Positions 46,661-57,901 of a stretch of DNA of 64,000 nucleotides are shown piece by piece. This DNA is from an uncultured delta proteobacterium (lineage in GTDB: Bacteria > Desulfobacterota > Binatia > UBA9968): positions 223,297 to 287,296 of the forward strand of contig CAWDPO010000010.1 in assembly GCA_963804165.1 (NCBI GenBank), written 5' to 3'. The translations under genes and the position numbers were made by a program. The notes beneath the pieces are model-generated. The model did no database searches, was not told where the DNA came from, and saw nothing but the letters and a program-made list of their open reading frames with translations. Every line of letters starts with the position of its first letter. The first letter of the stretch is position 1.

Positions 46661-46848
46661 CGCAGGACGCGAGGGGAGCTCGAACCGGACCGCACGGTAC
46701 GCACAGATGCGCGTGGGCGACGAGGGGGCTGGCCGTACCCTGCCGCCGAGGCGGCGATGCAGGAGCGGCGCGTCAGGCGGGACGATCCTTCATCGCCAAG
46801 GTGCCACGCGCGCGAGACCGGACGGGCGATTGGCCTATGGTGCGGCGT

Positions 46849-47845
46849 GTGACCCTCACCCTCGGCTACAAGGCGTCCAACGAGCAGTTCGGCCCACGGA
46901 AGCTGCTCGAGCTCGTCAAGCACGCGGAGTCGCGCGGCTTCGAGGTCTCGGGCGTCTCCGACCACCTGCAGCCGTGGCGCCACAACGGCGGCCACGCCCC
47001 CGCCGTCCTCCCCTGGCTCGGCGCCGCCGCGGCGACGACGTCGAAGATCGTCGCTCGGCACGAGCGTGCTGACGCCCACGATGCGCTACCACCCGGCGAT
47101 CGTCGCCCAGGCGTTCGCGACGCTCGGCGTGCCTGGCGCCGGGCCGGATCTTCCTCGGCGTCGGCACCGGCGAGGCGATGAACGAGACGCCGATCACCGG
47201 CGGCGAGTTCCCCGGCCGCAAGGAGCGGCGGATGAAGATGGCCGAGGCGATCAAGGTCATCAAGCAGCTCTGGGCCGAGGAGCGCGTGGACTTCGAGGGC
47301 GAGTACTACAAGCTGCGCCGCGCGACGATCTACGACCGGCCCGACGAGCCCGTGCCGATCTACGTCGCCGCGTGCGGCCCGCTGGCGGCCAAGCTCGCCG
47401 GCCGCGTCGGCGACGGCTTCATCTGCACGTCAGCGGCAAGGACCCGCAGCTCTACGTCGACCTGCTGGCCAACGTCAAGGAGGGCGCCGAGAAGGCGGGC
47501 CGCGACTACGAGTCGATCAAGCGCATGATCGAGGTCAAGGTCTCCTACGACCGCGACCTCGAGGCGCGCCGAGAAGGCCACGCACTGGTGGGCGGCGCTG
47601 GCGCTCACGCCCGAGGAGAAGGAAGGCGTCGAGGACCCGGTGGAGATGGAGCGCCTGGCCGACAACGCGCTCGACCGCGCGCACACGCGCTTCATCGTCT
47701 CCGCCGACCCGCAGGAGGTCGCGGACAAGATCAAGCCCTACATCGACCTCGGCTTCACCGAGCTGGTCTTCCACTTCCCGGGCAACGACCAGAAGCGCTA
47801 CATCGACGAGTTCGCCGACCGACGTCTTCCCGCTGCTGCGGATGA
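46849..47845 (+). CDS. fgd: F420-dependent glucose-6-phosphate dehydrogenase (frameshifted)
   Basis: [56 protein letters not shown]. Confidence 0.88.
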
Positions 47846-48748
47846 CGCTTCGAGATCCTCGACCCGCGCTTCGAGCGCGCTGCGTCAAGACGACCGCGCC
47901 GAGCTCGACCACCTCTACGACGGCTGCCGCTGGGCCGAGGGCCCGGCCTACTTCCCCGCGCACCGCGCGCTGGTGTGGTCGGACATCCCGAACGACCGGA
48001 TGCTGCGCTACGACGAGGCGACCGGGCAACGTCGGCGTGTTCCGCGACGCCCGCGGGCAACACCAACGGCCACACGGTCGACGCCGCAGGGCCGGCTGGT
48101 GAGCTGCGAGCACGGCAACCGCCGCGTCACGCGCACCGAGCACGACGGCACGATCACCGTGCTCGCCGACGCGTTCGACGGCAAGCGGCTCAACAGCCCC
48201 AACGACGTCGTCGTGCGCTCGCGACGGCGCGGTCTACTTCACCGACCCCGAGCTACGGGATCGAGGGCTGGTACGAGGGCTACAAGGCCGAGCGCGGAGT
48301 TCGAGCGGCGTGCTACGTCTTCCGGGTCGACCCGATCACGGGCGCGCTGCAGCGTCGTCGCCGACGACTTCGACCGCCCCAACGGGCTCGCGTTCAGCGC
48401 TCGACGAGCGGCTGCTGTACGTCACCGACAGCGGCGCACCGCAGCGACATGAGCGTGCTCGACGTCGCCGACGACGGCACGCTGACCAACCGCCGCGAGT
48501 TCGCGATGTGCACCAGTCGGCGGCTTCGACGGCTTCCGGCTCGACGAGCGACGGCCGGATCTGGACGAGCGCCGGCGACGGCGTGCACGTCTATGACCCG
48601 GACGGCACGCTGCTCGGCAAGATGCTCGTGCCCGGAGATCGTCGCCAACGTCGCCTGGGGCTGGCCGAAGCGCAACCGGCTCTACATCTGCGCGACGACG
48701 TCGCTGTACGCGATCTTGCTCGCCGTCGCCGGAGCGAAGACGATGTAG
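47842..48748 (+). CDS. SMP-30/gluconolactonase family protein (frameshifted)
   Basis: WAEGPAY, WSDIPNDR, RLNSPNDVV, FTDP.YG, PNGLAFS. Confidence 0.88.
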
Positions 48749-48751
48749 GCG

Positions 48752-49928
48752 ATGATCGACCTCCACGTCCACTTCCCGATGCGGCTGCTGGGCGGCGTGG
48801 AGGCGCCGCGCGACGTCGTGCAAGGGATGACGCAGGTGCCGCGCGCGCGAGGACGGCAAGCTGCGCGCGGCGGTGCTCGCGCTCGCCGCGCGGCTGTTCA
48901 ACTTCCGCCACTGGGACGCGAGCCTGGCGCGTCACGCCGGAGCTGCTGCGAGCGGGCGACGTGAGCGTCGCCTGCAGCGTGCTCTACCGCCCGTTCTCGC
49001 GAGATGGACCTGGACGAGCCGTACGGCGCGCCGCCGGAGAGCGCGTACTACGCCGAAGCTGATCGAGCTGCTGGACGCGACCGAGCACGAGGTCGAGGCG
49101 CAGCCGGCGACGTCGTCGTGCGCACGCGCGGCGGACCTCGAGCGCGCACGCGAGACCTGCGCTTCGTGCACTGCATCGAGGGCGGCTTCCACCTCGGCGC
49201 CACGCCCGAGGAGGTCACCGCGCACGTCCACGAGCTCGCCGACCGCGGCGTGCTCTACATCACGCTCGCGCACCTCTTCTGGCGCCGGGTCGCGACCAAC
49301 GCGCCCGCGCTGCCGTTCCTGCCCGACGCGCGTCTACAACCTGCTCTTCCCGCAGCAGGACGGGCGCGGCGCCTGTCGCCGCTCGGCGAGGCCGCGCGTG
49401 CGCGCGATGTACGAGCGCAGGCGTGCTCGTGGACATCAGCCACATGCGCGAGGACGCGATCGACGAGACGTTCGCGCTCGTCGAGGCGCTCGACAGCGAG
49501 ACCGGCGCGCGACCCGCGCGACTACCCGGTGATCGCCTCCCACGCCGGCTACCGCTTCGGCGGCCAGCAGTACAACCTCACCGACGGGACGATCGTCGAG
49601 ATCGCCGCCCGCGGCGGCGTGATCGGGCTGATCTTCGCCCAGCACCAGATCAACGACGGCGTGCGCCGCACGGACACGAAGACGCTCGACGAGTCGCTCG
49701 ACCGTGCTCGCCCGCCACATCGACGCGATCGGCCCCGAGCACGTCGCGATCGGCTCCGACCTCGACGGCTTCATCAAGCCGACGCTCGGCGGGGTCGAGT
49801 CCGCCGCCGACCTCAAGCCGCTCGCGCGGCGCGCTGCGCGCGCGCTACCCGGAGACGGCCGACGGCGATCCTGCGACGGCAACGCGCTGCGCGTCATCGC
49901 GGCGCGATTCGCCAGCGCAGCACCCTGA
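48752..49928 (+). CDS. Membrane dipeptidase (M19)-like amidohydrolase (frameshifted)
   Basis: IDLHVH, IEGG, ITLAH, VDISHM, IASHAG, IGSDLDGF. Confidence 0.8.
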
Positions 49929-50161
49929 CGCCGCGCATCTCCACGCGCAGCTCTCGCCGCGCGCGTGCACGACGCGCAGCAGCACGGTGTCGCACGCCGG
50001 GCAGCGCAGGACGGTGCCCATGCCGGTCTCGTAGACGTCGCACGTCGGCGACGGGCCGGTCGTCGCCGCAGCCGGCGCAGGTCGCCGATCGCGGTCGTGA
50101 CGTCGAGCGCGAAGACCTCGGACAGCTCGCCCGCGGCCGCGTTGCCGTCGAGATGCTCCAT
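49894..50161 (-). CDS. Small CxxC...CxxC protein (DUF6510-like, frameshifted)
   Basis: MEHLDGNAAAGELSEVF, TCAGCG, VLRCPACD. Confidence 0.75.
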
Positions 50162-50163
50162 CG

Positions 50164-50881
50164 TCAGCCTCTCCCGAAGCGCTCCGTCCTGATGTTCGCC
50201 GGGTCGTGGCCGAGCGCCACGAGGTCGTTCGCCACCGACTCCACGAACGGGTCGGGCCGCAGACGTACACGCGCGCGCCGGGCAGCGCGACCTCGCTGCA
50301 GCATCGCGCGGTCGACGCGGCGCGCGTAGCCGGTCCAGCCGCGCGGCGCCCGGCGCGTGTAGGTCAGGACGACCTCGGCGCCGATCGTCTCGAGCTCGCG
50401 CGCGTACAGCACGTCGTCGGCCTCGCGCGCGGAGACCAGCAGCTTCGCGGCGCCGCGCTGCCCGCGTTGCGGCGGTGGCGCAGCATCGACATCAGCGGCA
50501 CCAGGCCGGAGCCGCCGCCGATCAGCAGCAGCGGCTCGGTCTACGCTCGCGTCCCACACGAACCAGCCGCCGAACGGGCCGCGGACCTCGAACTGGTCGC
50601 CCTCGCGCGGCGACCTCGACCATCCACGGCGAGACCTCGCCGTCGTCGAGCTCCTCGACGGTGATCATCGGCGTGCCGTCCTCGGGCGCGGAGGCGATCG
50701 AGTAGCAGCGCTGCGCGCGGTAGCCGTCCTCGGCGGTCAGGCGGACGTCGACGTGCTGGCCGGCGCGGTGGCCGTCCCAGCCGGGGACGTCGAGCGTGAG
50801 CGTCGCGGCGCGCGGCGTCTCGGGCGAGATCGCCGCGACGGTCGCGACGCGCCAGTCAGTCGCCCTGATAGCGCTGCTCAA
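50164..50881 (-). CDS. FAD/NAD(P)H ferredoxin-reductase-type oxidoreductase (frameshifted)
   Basis: AGQHVDVRL, YSIASAP, GEVS, GGSGLVPL, YVCGP, TERFG. Confidence 0.85.
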
Positions 50882-51459
50882 GCCAGGGGTCTCCGCGGTC
50901 GTGGTAGCCGAGCGTCTCCCAGAAGCCCGGCTCGTCGTCCTCCATGAAGTGCAGCCCGCGCACCCACTTCGCGCTCTTCCAGAAGTACAGGTGCGGGACG
51001 AGCAGGCGGGCGGGGCCGCCGTGCTCGGGCTCGAGGTCGTCGCCGTCGTAGCCGTAGACGACCCAGGCCTTGCCGCCGGTGACGTCCTCGACCGGCAGGT
51101 TGGTCGTGTAGCCGCCGTCGCAGAACGCGGTGACGTAGCCGCCGAGCGGCTCGATGCCGTCGAGCAGCGTGTCGACGGACACGCCCGTCCCACGTGCGTG
51201 TCGAACTTGCGTCCACGTCGTCACGCAGTGGATGTCGACGGTCGGCGTCTCCTTCGCGGCAGCGCCTGGAACTCGTCCCAGGTCCAGTCGCGCTCCTCGT
51301 CGACCGCGCCGGTGATCGGGAACGTCCACTCGCTCGAGCGGCGTGTCGCGGCGTGGGCCCGGCCGAGAGCACCGGGAAGCCGCGCTCGAGGTACTGGCCG
51401 GGCGGGAGCCGGTCGTCCGGCGCTCGGTGCGCGCTGCGATGGAAGCCGCGCGTGATCAT
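50856..51459 (-). CDS. Sulfite-oxidase-like molybdopterin oxidoreductase (frameshifted)
   Basis: RLPPGQY, DIHCVT, EHGGPARLLVPHLYFWKSAKW, GFWE. Confidence 0.88.
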
Positions 51460-51821
51460 GCCGGCGTGTGGCAGACGGCTTCGGCGTTGTTGCCGTCCGG
51501 GTCGAGGACGAACGCGCCGTAGTAGTGCGGGTGGTACTGCGGGCCGCAGGCCGGGGCCGCCGTTGTCGCGCGCCGCCGGCGGCGAGCGCGGCGGCGTGGA
51601 ACGCGTCGACGCGCTCGCGGTCGGCCGCCTGGAAGGCGATGTGGACGCCCGCTGGTCGGCTCGCGGTCGACGAGCCAGAAGATCGGCCGCGCCGTCGGAC
51701 CGAAGGCGACGCGGTCGTCGCGCTCCATCACGACCCCGAAGCCGAGTGGCGCGAGCGCCGCCTCGTAGAACGCCCGCGAGGCGGCCAGGTCGCGTACGCC
51801 GATGGCGAGGTGGTCGAGCAT
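51456..51821 (-). CDS. VOC/glyoxalase family protein
   Basis: MLDHLAIGVRDL..SRAFY, YYGAFVLDPDGNNAEAV. Confidence 0.88.
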   Translation of the reverse strand: MLDHLAIGVRDLAASRAFYEAALAPLGFGVVMERDDRVAFGPTARPIFWLVDREPTSGRPHRLPGGRPRARRRVPRRRARRRRRATTAAPACGPQYHPHYYGAFVLDPDGNNAEAVCHTPA

Positions 51822-51833
51822 GTCGCTGGAAGC

Positions 51834-52007
51834 TACAGCTCGCCGGTACGGTCCAGGTGGCGCGGGCCTCGGCCATGGCCGGCAGAGAGCGGTGAGAGGC
51901 GTGAGCGCAGCTGTGCGTCGATGGTCCGGTGACCTTGGCCTCGGCCAGGTCGGGAGCAGCGAGGCGGAAAGGGCGGTGCTGACGGCGAGAATGCGGAAAC
52001 GCTTCAT
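51834..52007 (-). CDS. One or two tandem short signal-peptide-like micro-proteins (garbled)
   Basis: MKRFRILAVSTALSASLLPT(L)AEAKVT.. then ..LPAMAEARATWT. Confidence 0.45.
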
Positions 52008-52109
52008 GGTTGACCATCCCCCAGGATGATTCGAGTTCGGGGTGGACTCCATCCGACCCGGTGACCAGATCCCCTGGTCACGCTCGCGCAGCTGACGGCA
52101 AGGCCGCTT

Positions 52110-53305
52110 ACGGTGGCGGTAACGTGCGCGGTTATGCGTGCCAAGCTCGCCGCAGCGGCCGCGGGCGCGCGAAGACCCAGGTGCGCAGCGCGATGTAGCG
52201 GGTGACGGTCGCGGTCAGCGAGGCGGCGATCGAGCACGCGTCAGCTCGACGCCGCGAGCGGGCGCGGCGTCCAGGCCGTGCAGGACGGCGAGCGCGCCGT
52301 TGGTGAGCGCGAGCGTGAGCACGAAGACGAGCGGCGCCGCGAACGTGATGGCGGACCAGGTCCTCGCGCCCGCGGACGCCGAACGTGAGCCGGCGGTTGG
52401 CGGCGGTGTTGGCGACCGCGGTGATGCGCCAGCGCGGCGGCGTTCGCGCCGGCCGCGCCGATCAGCGGACGCAGCGCGAGGTACAGCACGCGCGTAGGCG
52501 AGCGTGCTGAGCACGCCGATGCGCCATGAAGCGCGCGACCGGCCCGGCGGCCAGCAGCCGCGCGACGCCCTTGAGGTCGGTGAGCGCGGTGCGGACGATG
52601 TCGACGCGCGAGTCGGGGTCGTCGACCCAGTCGACCGGCACCTCGTGGATCCGCAGCCCGCGCCGCTGCGCGAGCACCAGCAGCTCGGTGTCGAAGAACC
52701 AGCTCTCGTCCTTGACGTCGTCGAGCAGGCTCGTCGAGCACGTCGCGGCGGACGGCCTTGAAGCCGCACTGGGCGTCGCTGAAGCGCGCGCGCAGGACGG
52801 TGCGCAGGATGCGGTTGTAGCCGCGCGAGATGAACTCGCGCTTCGGGCCGCGGACGACCCGCGAGCCGTGCGCGAGGCGCGTGCCGATCGCGAGGTCGCT
52901 GTGGCCGGACATCAGCGGCGCGACGAGCGGGAGCAGCCCGCGCAGGTCGGTCGAGAGGTCGACGTCCATGTAGCGTCACGACCTTCGCCGGGCTCGCCGA
53001 CCACGCGGCGCGCAGCGCGCGGCCGCGGCCCTTGCGCTCGAGCCGCAGGTGGCGGACGCGCGGCAGCGTCAGCGCGAGCCGCGCGCGCGATCTCCGGCGT
53101 CGCGTCGACGCTGCGCGTTGTCGGCGATCACGATCCGCCAGCTGAACGGGAAGCCGTCGCTGAGGAAGCGGTGCAGGCGGCGGATGCTGCGCTCGAGGCC
53201 GGCGGCCTCGTTGTAGACGGGGACGACGATCTCGATGTCCGGCGCCGCGGCGGCCGCGAGCGTGCGCCGGGCGGGAGTCAGAGGGGAGAGGCGAGCTCTG
53301 GCATG
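52110..53305 (-). CDS. GT2 glycosyltransferase-GtrA fusion (frameshifted)
   Basis: IVVPVYNE, IADNA, YMDVDLSTDL, FSDAQCGFKA, WFFDTELL, NTAANRRLTF. Confidence 0.87.
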
Positions 53306-53337
53306 GACTCGAGCATCGGTCCGGGCGTCAGAGGCCG

Positions 53338-53364
53338 CTGGGATCACCCTGAGAGATTCCCGAG
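53338..53364. promoter_or_regulatory. Three 11-bp-phased direct repeats (CTGRG/CCGAG)
   Basis: ctggg 53338, ctgag 53349, ccgag 53360, upstream of the GT2 gene. Confidence 0.5.
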
Positions 53365-54746
53365 AGCCACTGGGGCGCGGCGCGGATCAGCTCGCCCGCG
53401 TCGGGGCGCAGGTGGGTGCCGGCGACGTGGTCGATCTCGGCGAGCGCGTTCTCGGGCGTGAGGGCCGCTCGGTAGGGGCGGCCCGAGGTCATCGTGTCCC
53501 AGGTGTCGGCGAGCGCGAGCAGCGCGCGCCCTCGGGGATCGCGTCGGTCTCCAGCCCAGCGGGGTAGCCGGCGCCGTCCCAGCGTTCGTGGTGGTGGCGG
53601 ACCCAGCCGGCCTGCTCCGGGTCGAGGACGCCCGCCGCGAGGCCGGCGCCGACGTGGGCGTGCTGGCGCACGTGCTCGAGCTCGGGGCCGGACAGCGGGC
53701 CGGGGCGCGAGAGGAGCATGTCCGGGAGCGCGGCCTTGCCGAGGTCGTGCAGCCGGGCGGCCTGGTGAAGGCGCGCCTGGGCCGCGGGCTCCCAGCCGAG
53801 CGCCTCGGCCAGCGCGACCGCGAGCGCGGCGACGCGGGCGCCGTGGGGGGCGCGGGGGGCGTGGCGGCGACGCGCGCGCCGTGGGAGGGCGCGGAGGGGG
53901 CGCCGCCGGGCGGGTCGGCGATCGCGGCCAGGGCGTCGAAGCCTCCGGCGCGGCCACGGGCGATCCGCCCGGCCGTGCGGGCCGACCAACCAGCGCCGCG
54001 TCGCGGCCGAACGCCTTCGACCAGTACAGCGCCTCGTCGGCGCGCGCCAGCAGGCGCTCGGGGTTGCGGGCGGTGCTGAGGTCGCAGATCCCCATCGAGG
54101 CCGTGACCTTCAGACCACCCGCGAACGGCGTCGCGTTGATGGCGGAGCGCAGCCGCTGGGCGGCGATCAGCGCGCTCTCGGCCGAGTCGTCGGGCAGCAG
54201 CCACGCGAACTCCTCCCCACCGATCCGGCCCACGGCGTCGACCGCCCGCGCCGCGCCCGCGATCCGCGCCGCGGCCTCGGCCAGCACGCGGTCACCGGTC
54301 GGGTGGCCGTGGACGTCGTTGATCGCCTTGAAGTGGTCGAGGTCGATGACGACGACGTCAGTGGGCGGCCGTCGACGGCGCAGCGCTCGGCCTCCGCCGC
54401 GAGCCGCTCGCGGAACGCGCGCTGATTGAGCAGCCCGGTGAGCCCGTCGTGGGAGGCGCGGTGAGCGAGCACGGAGGGGGCGCCCGCGTCGCGGACGGTG
54501 ACGACGCGACCCGATCGCGCACGGCGAGACCGTCACGAACCGCGGCCGCCCGCGCACATGGACCTCACCGGAGCCGGTGCGGGGAGCCAGTCCGGCGCGG
54601 GACGCCGGTGAGGTCCTCCCCCGTGAGCCGGGCGAAGCGCGCGGTTGGCGAGCACGACCTCGCCGTCGCAGACGACGAGCACGCCGTCGGGCAGCAGTTC
54701 AAGGGCAGCGTTCGCGGCGTTGGCCGTGAGCTCGGGATCGCGTCAC
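53344..54746 (-). CDS. PAS-GGDEF-HD-GYP protein (frameshifted)
   Basis: LELLPDGVLVV..LAN, HDGLTGLLN, DLDHFKAIND, GGEEF, LHDLGK, HHERWDGAGYP. Confidence 0.85.
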
Positions 54747-57700
54747 GTCCTCAGCGTCGGCACGGCACCTGAGCCGTTCCCGGGAGCCGCCTGGGAAACA
54801 CCTGAGATCGCCGCGGCCGCCGCCGCGCGCGAGCGCACGCCGAGCTTGGCGAAGATGTGCGCCACGTGCGTCTCGACCGTCTTGGGCGAGAGGTGCAGCT
54901 GCGTCGGCGATGCTGCGGTTCGTGTACCCCGCGGTCGATCAGCCCGGCGGATCTCGCGCTCGCGGTCCGTGAGGGCGCCTCGACCCCGCGCTCGGGCCGC
55001 GCCGCACGGCGGCCCTGGCGCGCGACCCGGCGGCCCGAGCCGCCGCAACTCGAGCGCGGCCTGGTCGTGCAGACGGCGCGCCTGCTCGTGTCCGAGCGCC
55101 GCGGTGAGCGCGACGGTCGCCTCGCGCGGCCGGCCCGCGACGGCGAGCGCCTGTCCGGCGAGCAGGTGCGCGCGGGCCGCGTCGAGCACGTTGCCCGCCT
55201 GGTGGGAATGGCGGGCCGCGGCGCGCGCGGTCTCGGCGGCGCGGGCCGCCTGTCCCTGCGCGAGCAGGACCGCCGCGCGGGCGCGCTGGGCCTGGCCCGG
55301 TGCGGGCGGGAAGCCCGAGCCCGGACGCCGCCCGCTGCGCGGCCAGCGCCCAGGCCTCGGCGGCCTGGAGATGCGCGGCGGGGCGCGGCGGCGAGGACGC
55401 CGGCGGCGGGCCCGGCGTGACGGCGGCAGCGCGCGGCGAGGCGGACGCCGGCGGCCGGCCCGGCGAGGCGGCGGCGGCGCGCGGCGGAGCGGACGAGGGC
55501 GCCGGCGGCTCGCCGACACCGAGGCCGGCGGCGGCGAGTTCGGCGCGCGTCAGGATCTCGTACCACTGCGGCTTGAACGCGCGTTCGATCAGCGGGAGGT
55601 CGGGACCGCCGGCGGCGCGGACGAGGTCGGCGCGCGCGTCCTCCCCGCCTCCAGGCGCGCTTCGGCGAGGTAGCAGCCGGCCAGGCCCGACCAGTGGGTG
55701 TCGGCCAGCCCGGCGGCGATCTCGACCGCTTCGGCGCCGACGGCGAGCGCGAGCTCCAGGTCACCGGACCGGGTGGCGATCCAGGTGCGAAGGGTCAGTG
55801 ACCACGCGAGCGACTGGTCGTTGCCGGAGAGCTGGGCCGCCTCGACCGCCTCCTCGGCGAGCTCGGCCGCCGGGCCGAGATGGCCCTGCCAGGCGTGGGC
55901 GATGGAGCGGCCGATCGTCATCGGCACGAGCAGGTAGCCCTGGCCGGTCGCGCGGCCGACCGTGAGCGCGCGCTCGTAGTGGCGGTGCACGTCGTCCCAG
56001 CGTGCGAGGCACTGCTCGGCCCAGCCGGTCATCAGCGCCGCGTCGAGGTTGCCCGCGAGGGCGTCGTCGTCGAGGGCGTCGAGCCGGGTGGCGGCCTCGT
56101 CGAGCAGCGCCCGTGCCTCGGCGATGTCGGACACGTGGTACTCGGCGAGCGCCAGGGTTCCGGCCGCCCCCGCGATCAGGCGTCGTCGTCGAGCGCCCGC
56201 GCGGCGGCCAGCGCGTCGGCGGCGTGGCCGCGCATCCCCGCCCAGTCGGCGACGAAGTAGCGCGCCTTGGCGAGCTCGAGCCGCAGCGCCGTGGCGGTCG
56301 CCGAGCCGGGGTCCGGCTGCTGCCGCGAGCGCGCCGGCGAACCGCGCGTGCGCGGACTCGCCGTGACCGAGCAGCTGCTCGAGCATCGCGATGAAGGCGA
56401 CCAGCCGCCGCGCAGCTCGGGCTGCTCGACGAGCGCGAGGATGTCCATCAGCGCGTCGCGGCCGGCGGCCAGCTCGCCCGCCGCACCGAGCGCCGTCGCC
56501 ATCGGGACGAGCAGCCCGAGCCGCTCGTCCTGCCGCGCGTCCGCGGGCAGCAGGCGCAGCGCCGCGGCCCACCAGCGCGCGGCGGCCGCGGGGGCGCGCG
56601 GCGCGGCGTCGGACGCCGCCGGGCGAGGATCGCGATCGCCGCGCGATCACCGGGCTGCGCGCACTGCTCGAGGTGATGCGCCCGCCGCGCGGGCGCCGCG
56701 CCCTGCCGCGCCAGCACAGCCGCGACGCGCGCGTGCGCCCCGAGCCGCCAGCCCGGGCCGGCCTGCGCGTAGATCGCCTGGCGCACGATCGGGTGCCGGA
56801 ACCGGAATTGCCGCGGCGCGCCCGCCCCGGCGACGACTCCGCCGCCACGAGCTCGTCGAGCGCGGCCAGCGCGTCGGCTCGTCAAGCTCGGCCGCGGCGG
56901 CCGCGAGCTCCGGGGCGAACGGGTCGCCCGCGACGGCGCCGCCACGGGCGAACGCGAGCGCGGCGGGCGAGAGCGCCGCGAGCTCGTCGCCGAGCACTTC
57001 GAGAATCGCGGTGGGCACGCCGTCGGCGCCCGCGGAGAGTGCGATGTAGAGCGGCGGCGGTCGCGGCGTGCGGGCGAGAGCGAGGGCGACGGGCAGCGGG
57101 GGCGTCGCCGTGCGCGAGCGTCGATGAGGCGCGCGTCAGCGGAGCGCGGGCGAGCGCGTCGAGGAAGAACGGGTTGCCGCCCGCGCGCTCGTAGACCGCG
57201 CCGCGGAGCGAGGATGGGACGCGTGCCAGCAGCGGTTCGGCGTCCTGCGGGAGAGCGGGCCGAGCGTGATCCGCTCGCACCCGCGCAGGGCGCGTGCGAG
57301 CGGCTCCGGCGTCTGGCCCGGCCGCAGCGCGAGCACGACCGGAAGCGCCGGACGACGCCGCGCGAGGTGGGCGATCAGCTCGATCGAGGCGCTGTCGGCC
57401 CAATGCGCGTCGTCGAGGACGAGCAACGGGAAGCGCTCGAGCAGCATCGCCACCGCTCCGAACAGCCGGTAGCGCTCGCCGCCCAGGCCCGGGCACGAAG
57501 GCGCCGGCGAGCAGCGCGGCGAGCTCGCCGTCACCGCGGCTGAGCTTGCGCACGCGCTCGGCGCCGAGCGGCGCGAACGCGTCGGCGAAGAGCGCGAACG
57601 GGACGCCGGTCTCGAACTCGGTCGCGGCGCCGCGCAGCACGTCCCGGCCCGCGCAGAGCGCCGCCAGCAGGCTCGTCTTGCCGATCCCCGGCTCGCCCTC

Positions 57701-57772
57701 GACGACGACCAGCGCCGTCCCGCAGGCGCGCGCAACCGGGTCAGCTCGCGGTCCGCGTCCGATCAACTCCAT
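54743..57772 (-). CDS. Large ATP-binding LuxR-family regulator (frameshifted)
   Basis: GEPGIGKT, LDDAHWAD, GGNPFFL, FRHPIVR, LTDRERE, LSPKTVETHVAHIFAKLGV. Confidence 0.87.
54769..54806. promoter_or_regulatory. Four 11-bp-phased direct repeats (CTGRG/CCGGG)
   Basis: ctgag 54769, ccggg 54780, ctggg 54791, ctgag 54802. Confidence 0.55.
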
Positions 57773-57901
57773 GCCGCCCCTAGACGCTACGCCGCACGGG
57801 ACCTATTCCGCACCAAGAGATCAGGGATCCACCCGATCGATCCGGGGTGCGGGCGAGCGGGATCTTCCCCCGCCACCACACCCCCGATGCATGGAGGCAT
57901 C

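Noticed and set aside
53825-53900. Duplicated PSHGARVA segment in the HD-GYP domain
   Set aside because: Short imperfect duplication in a G/C-run-rich, error-prone stretch; probably read stutter
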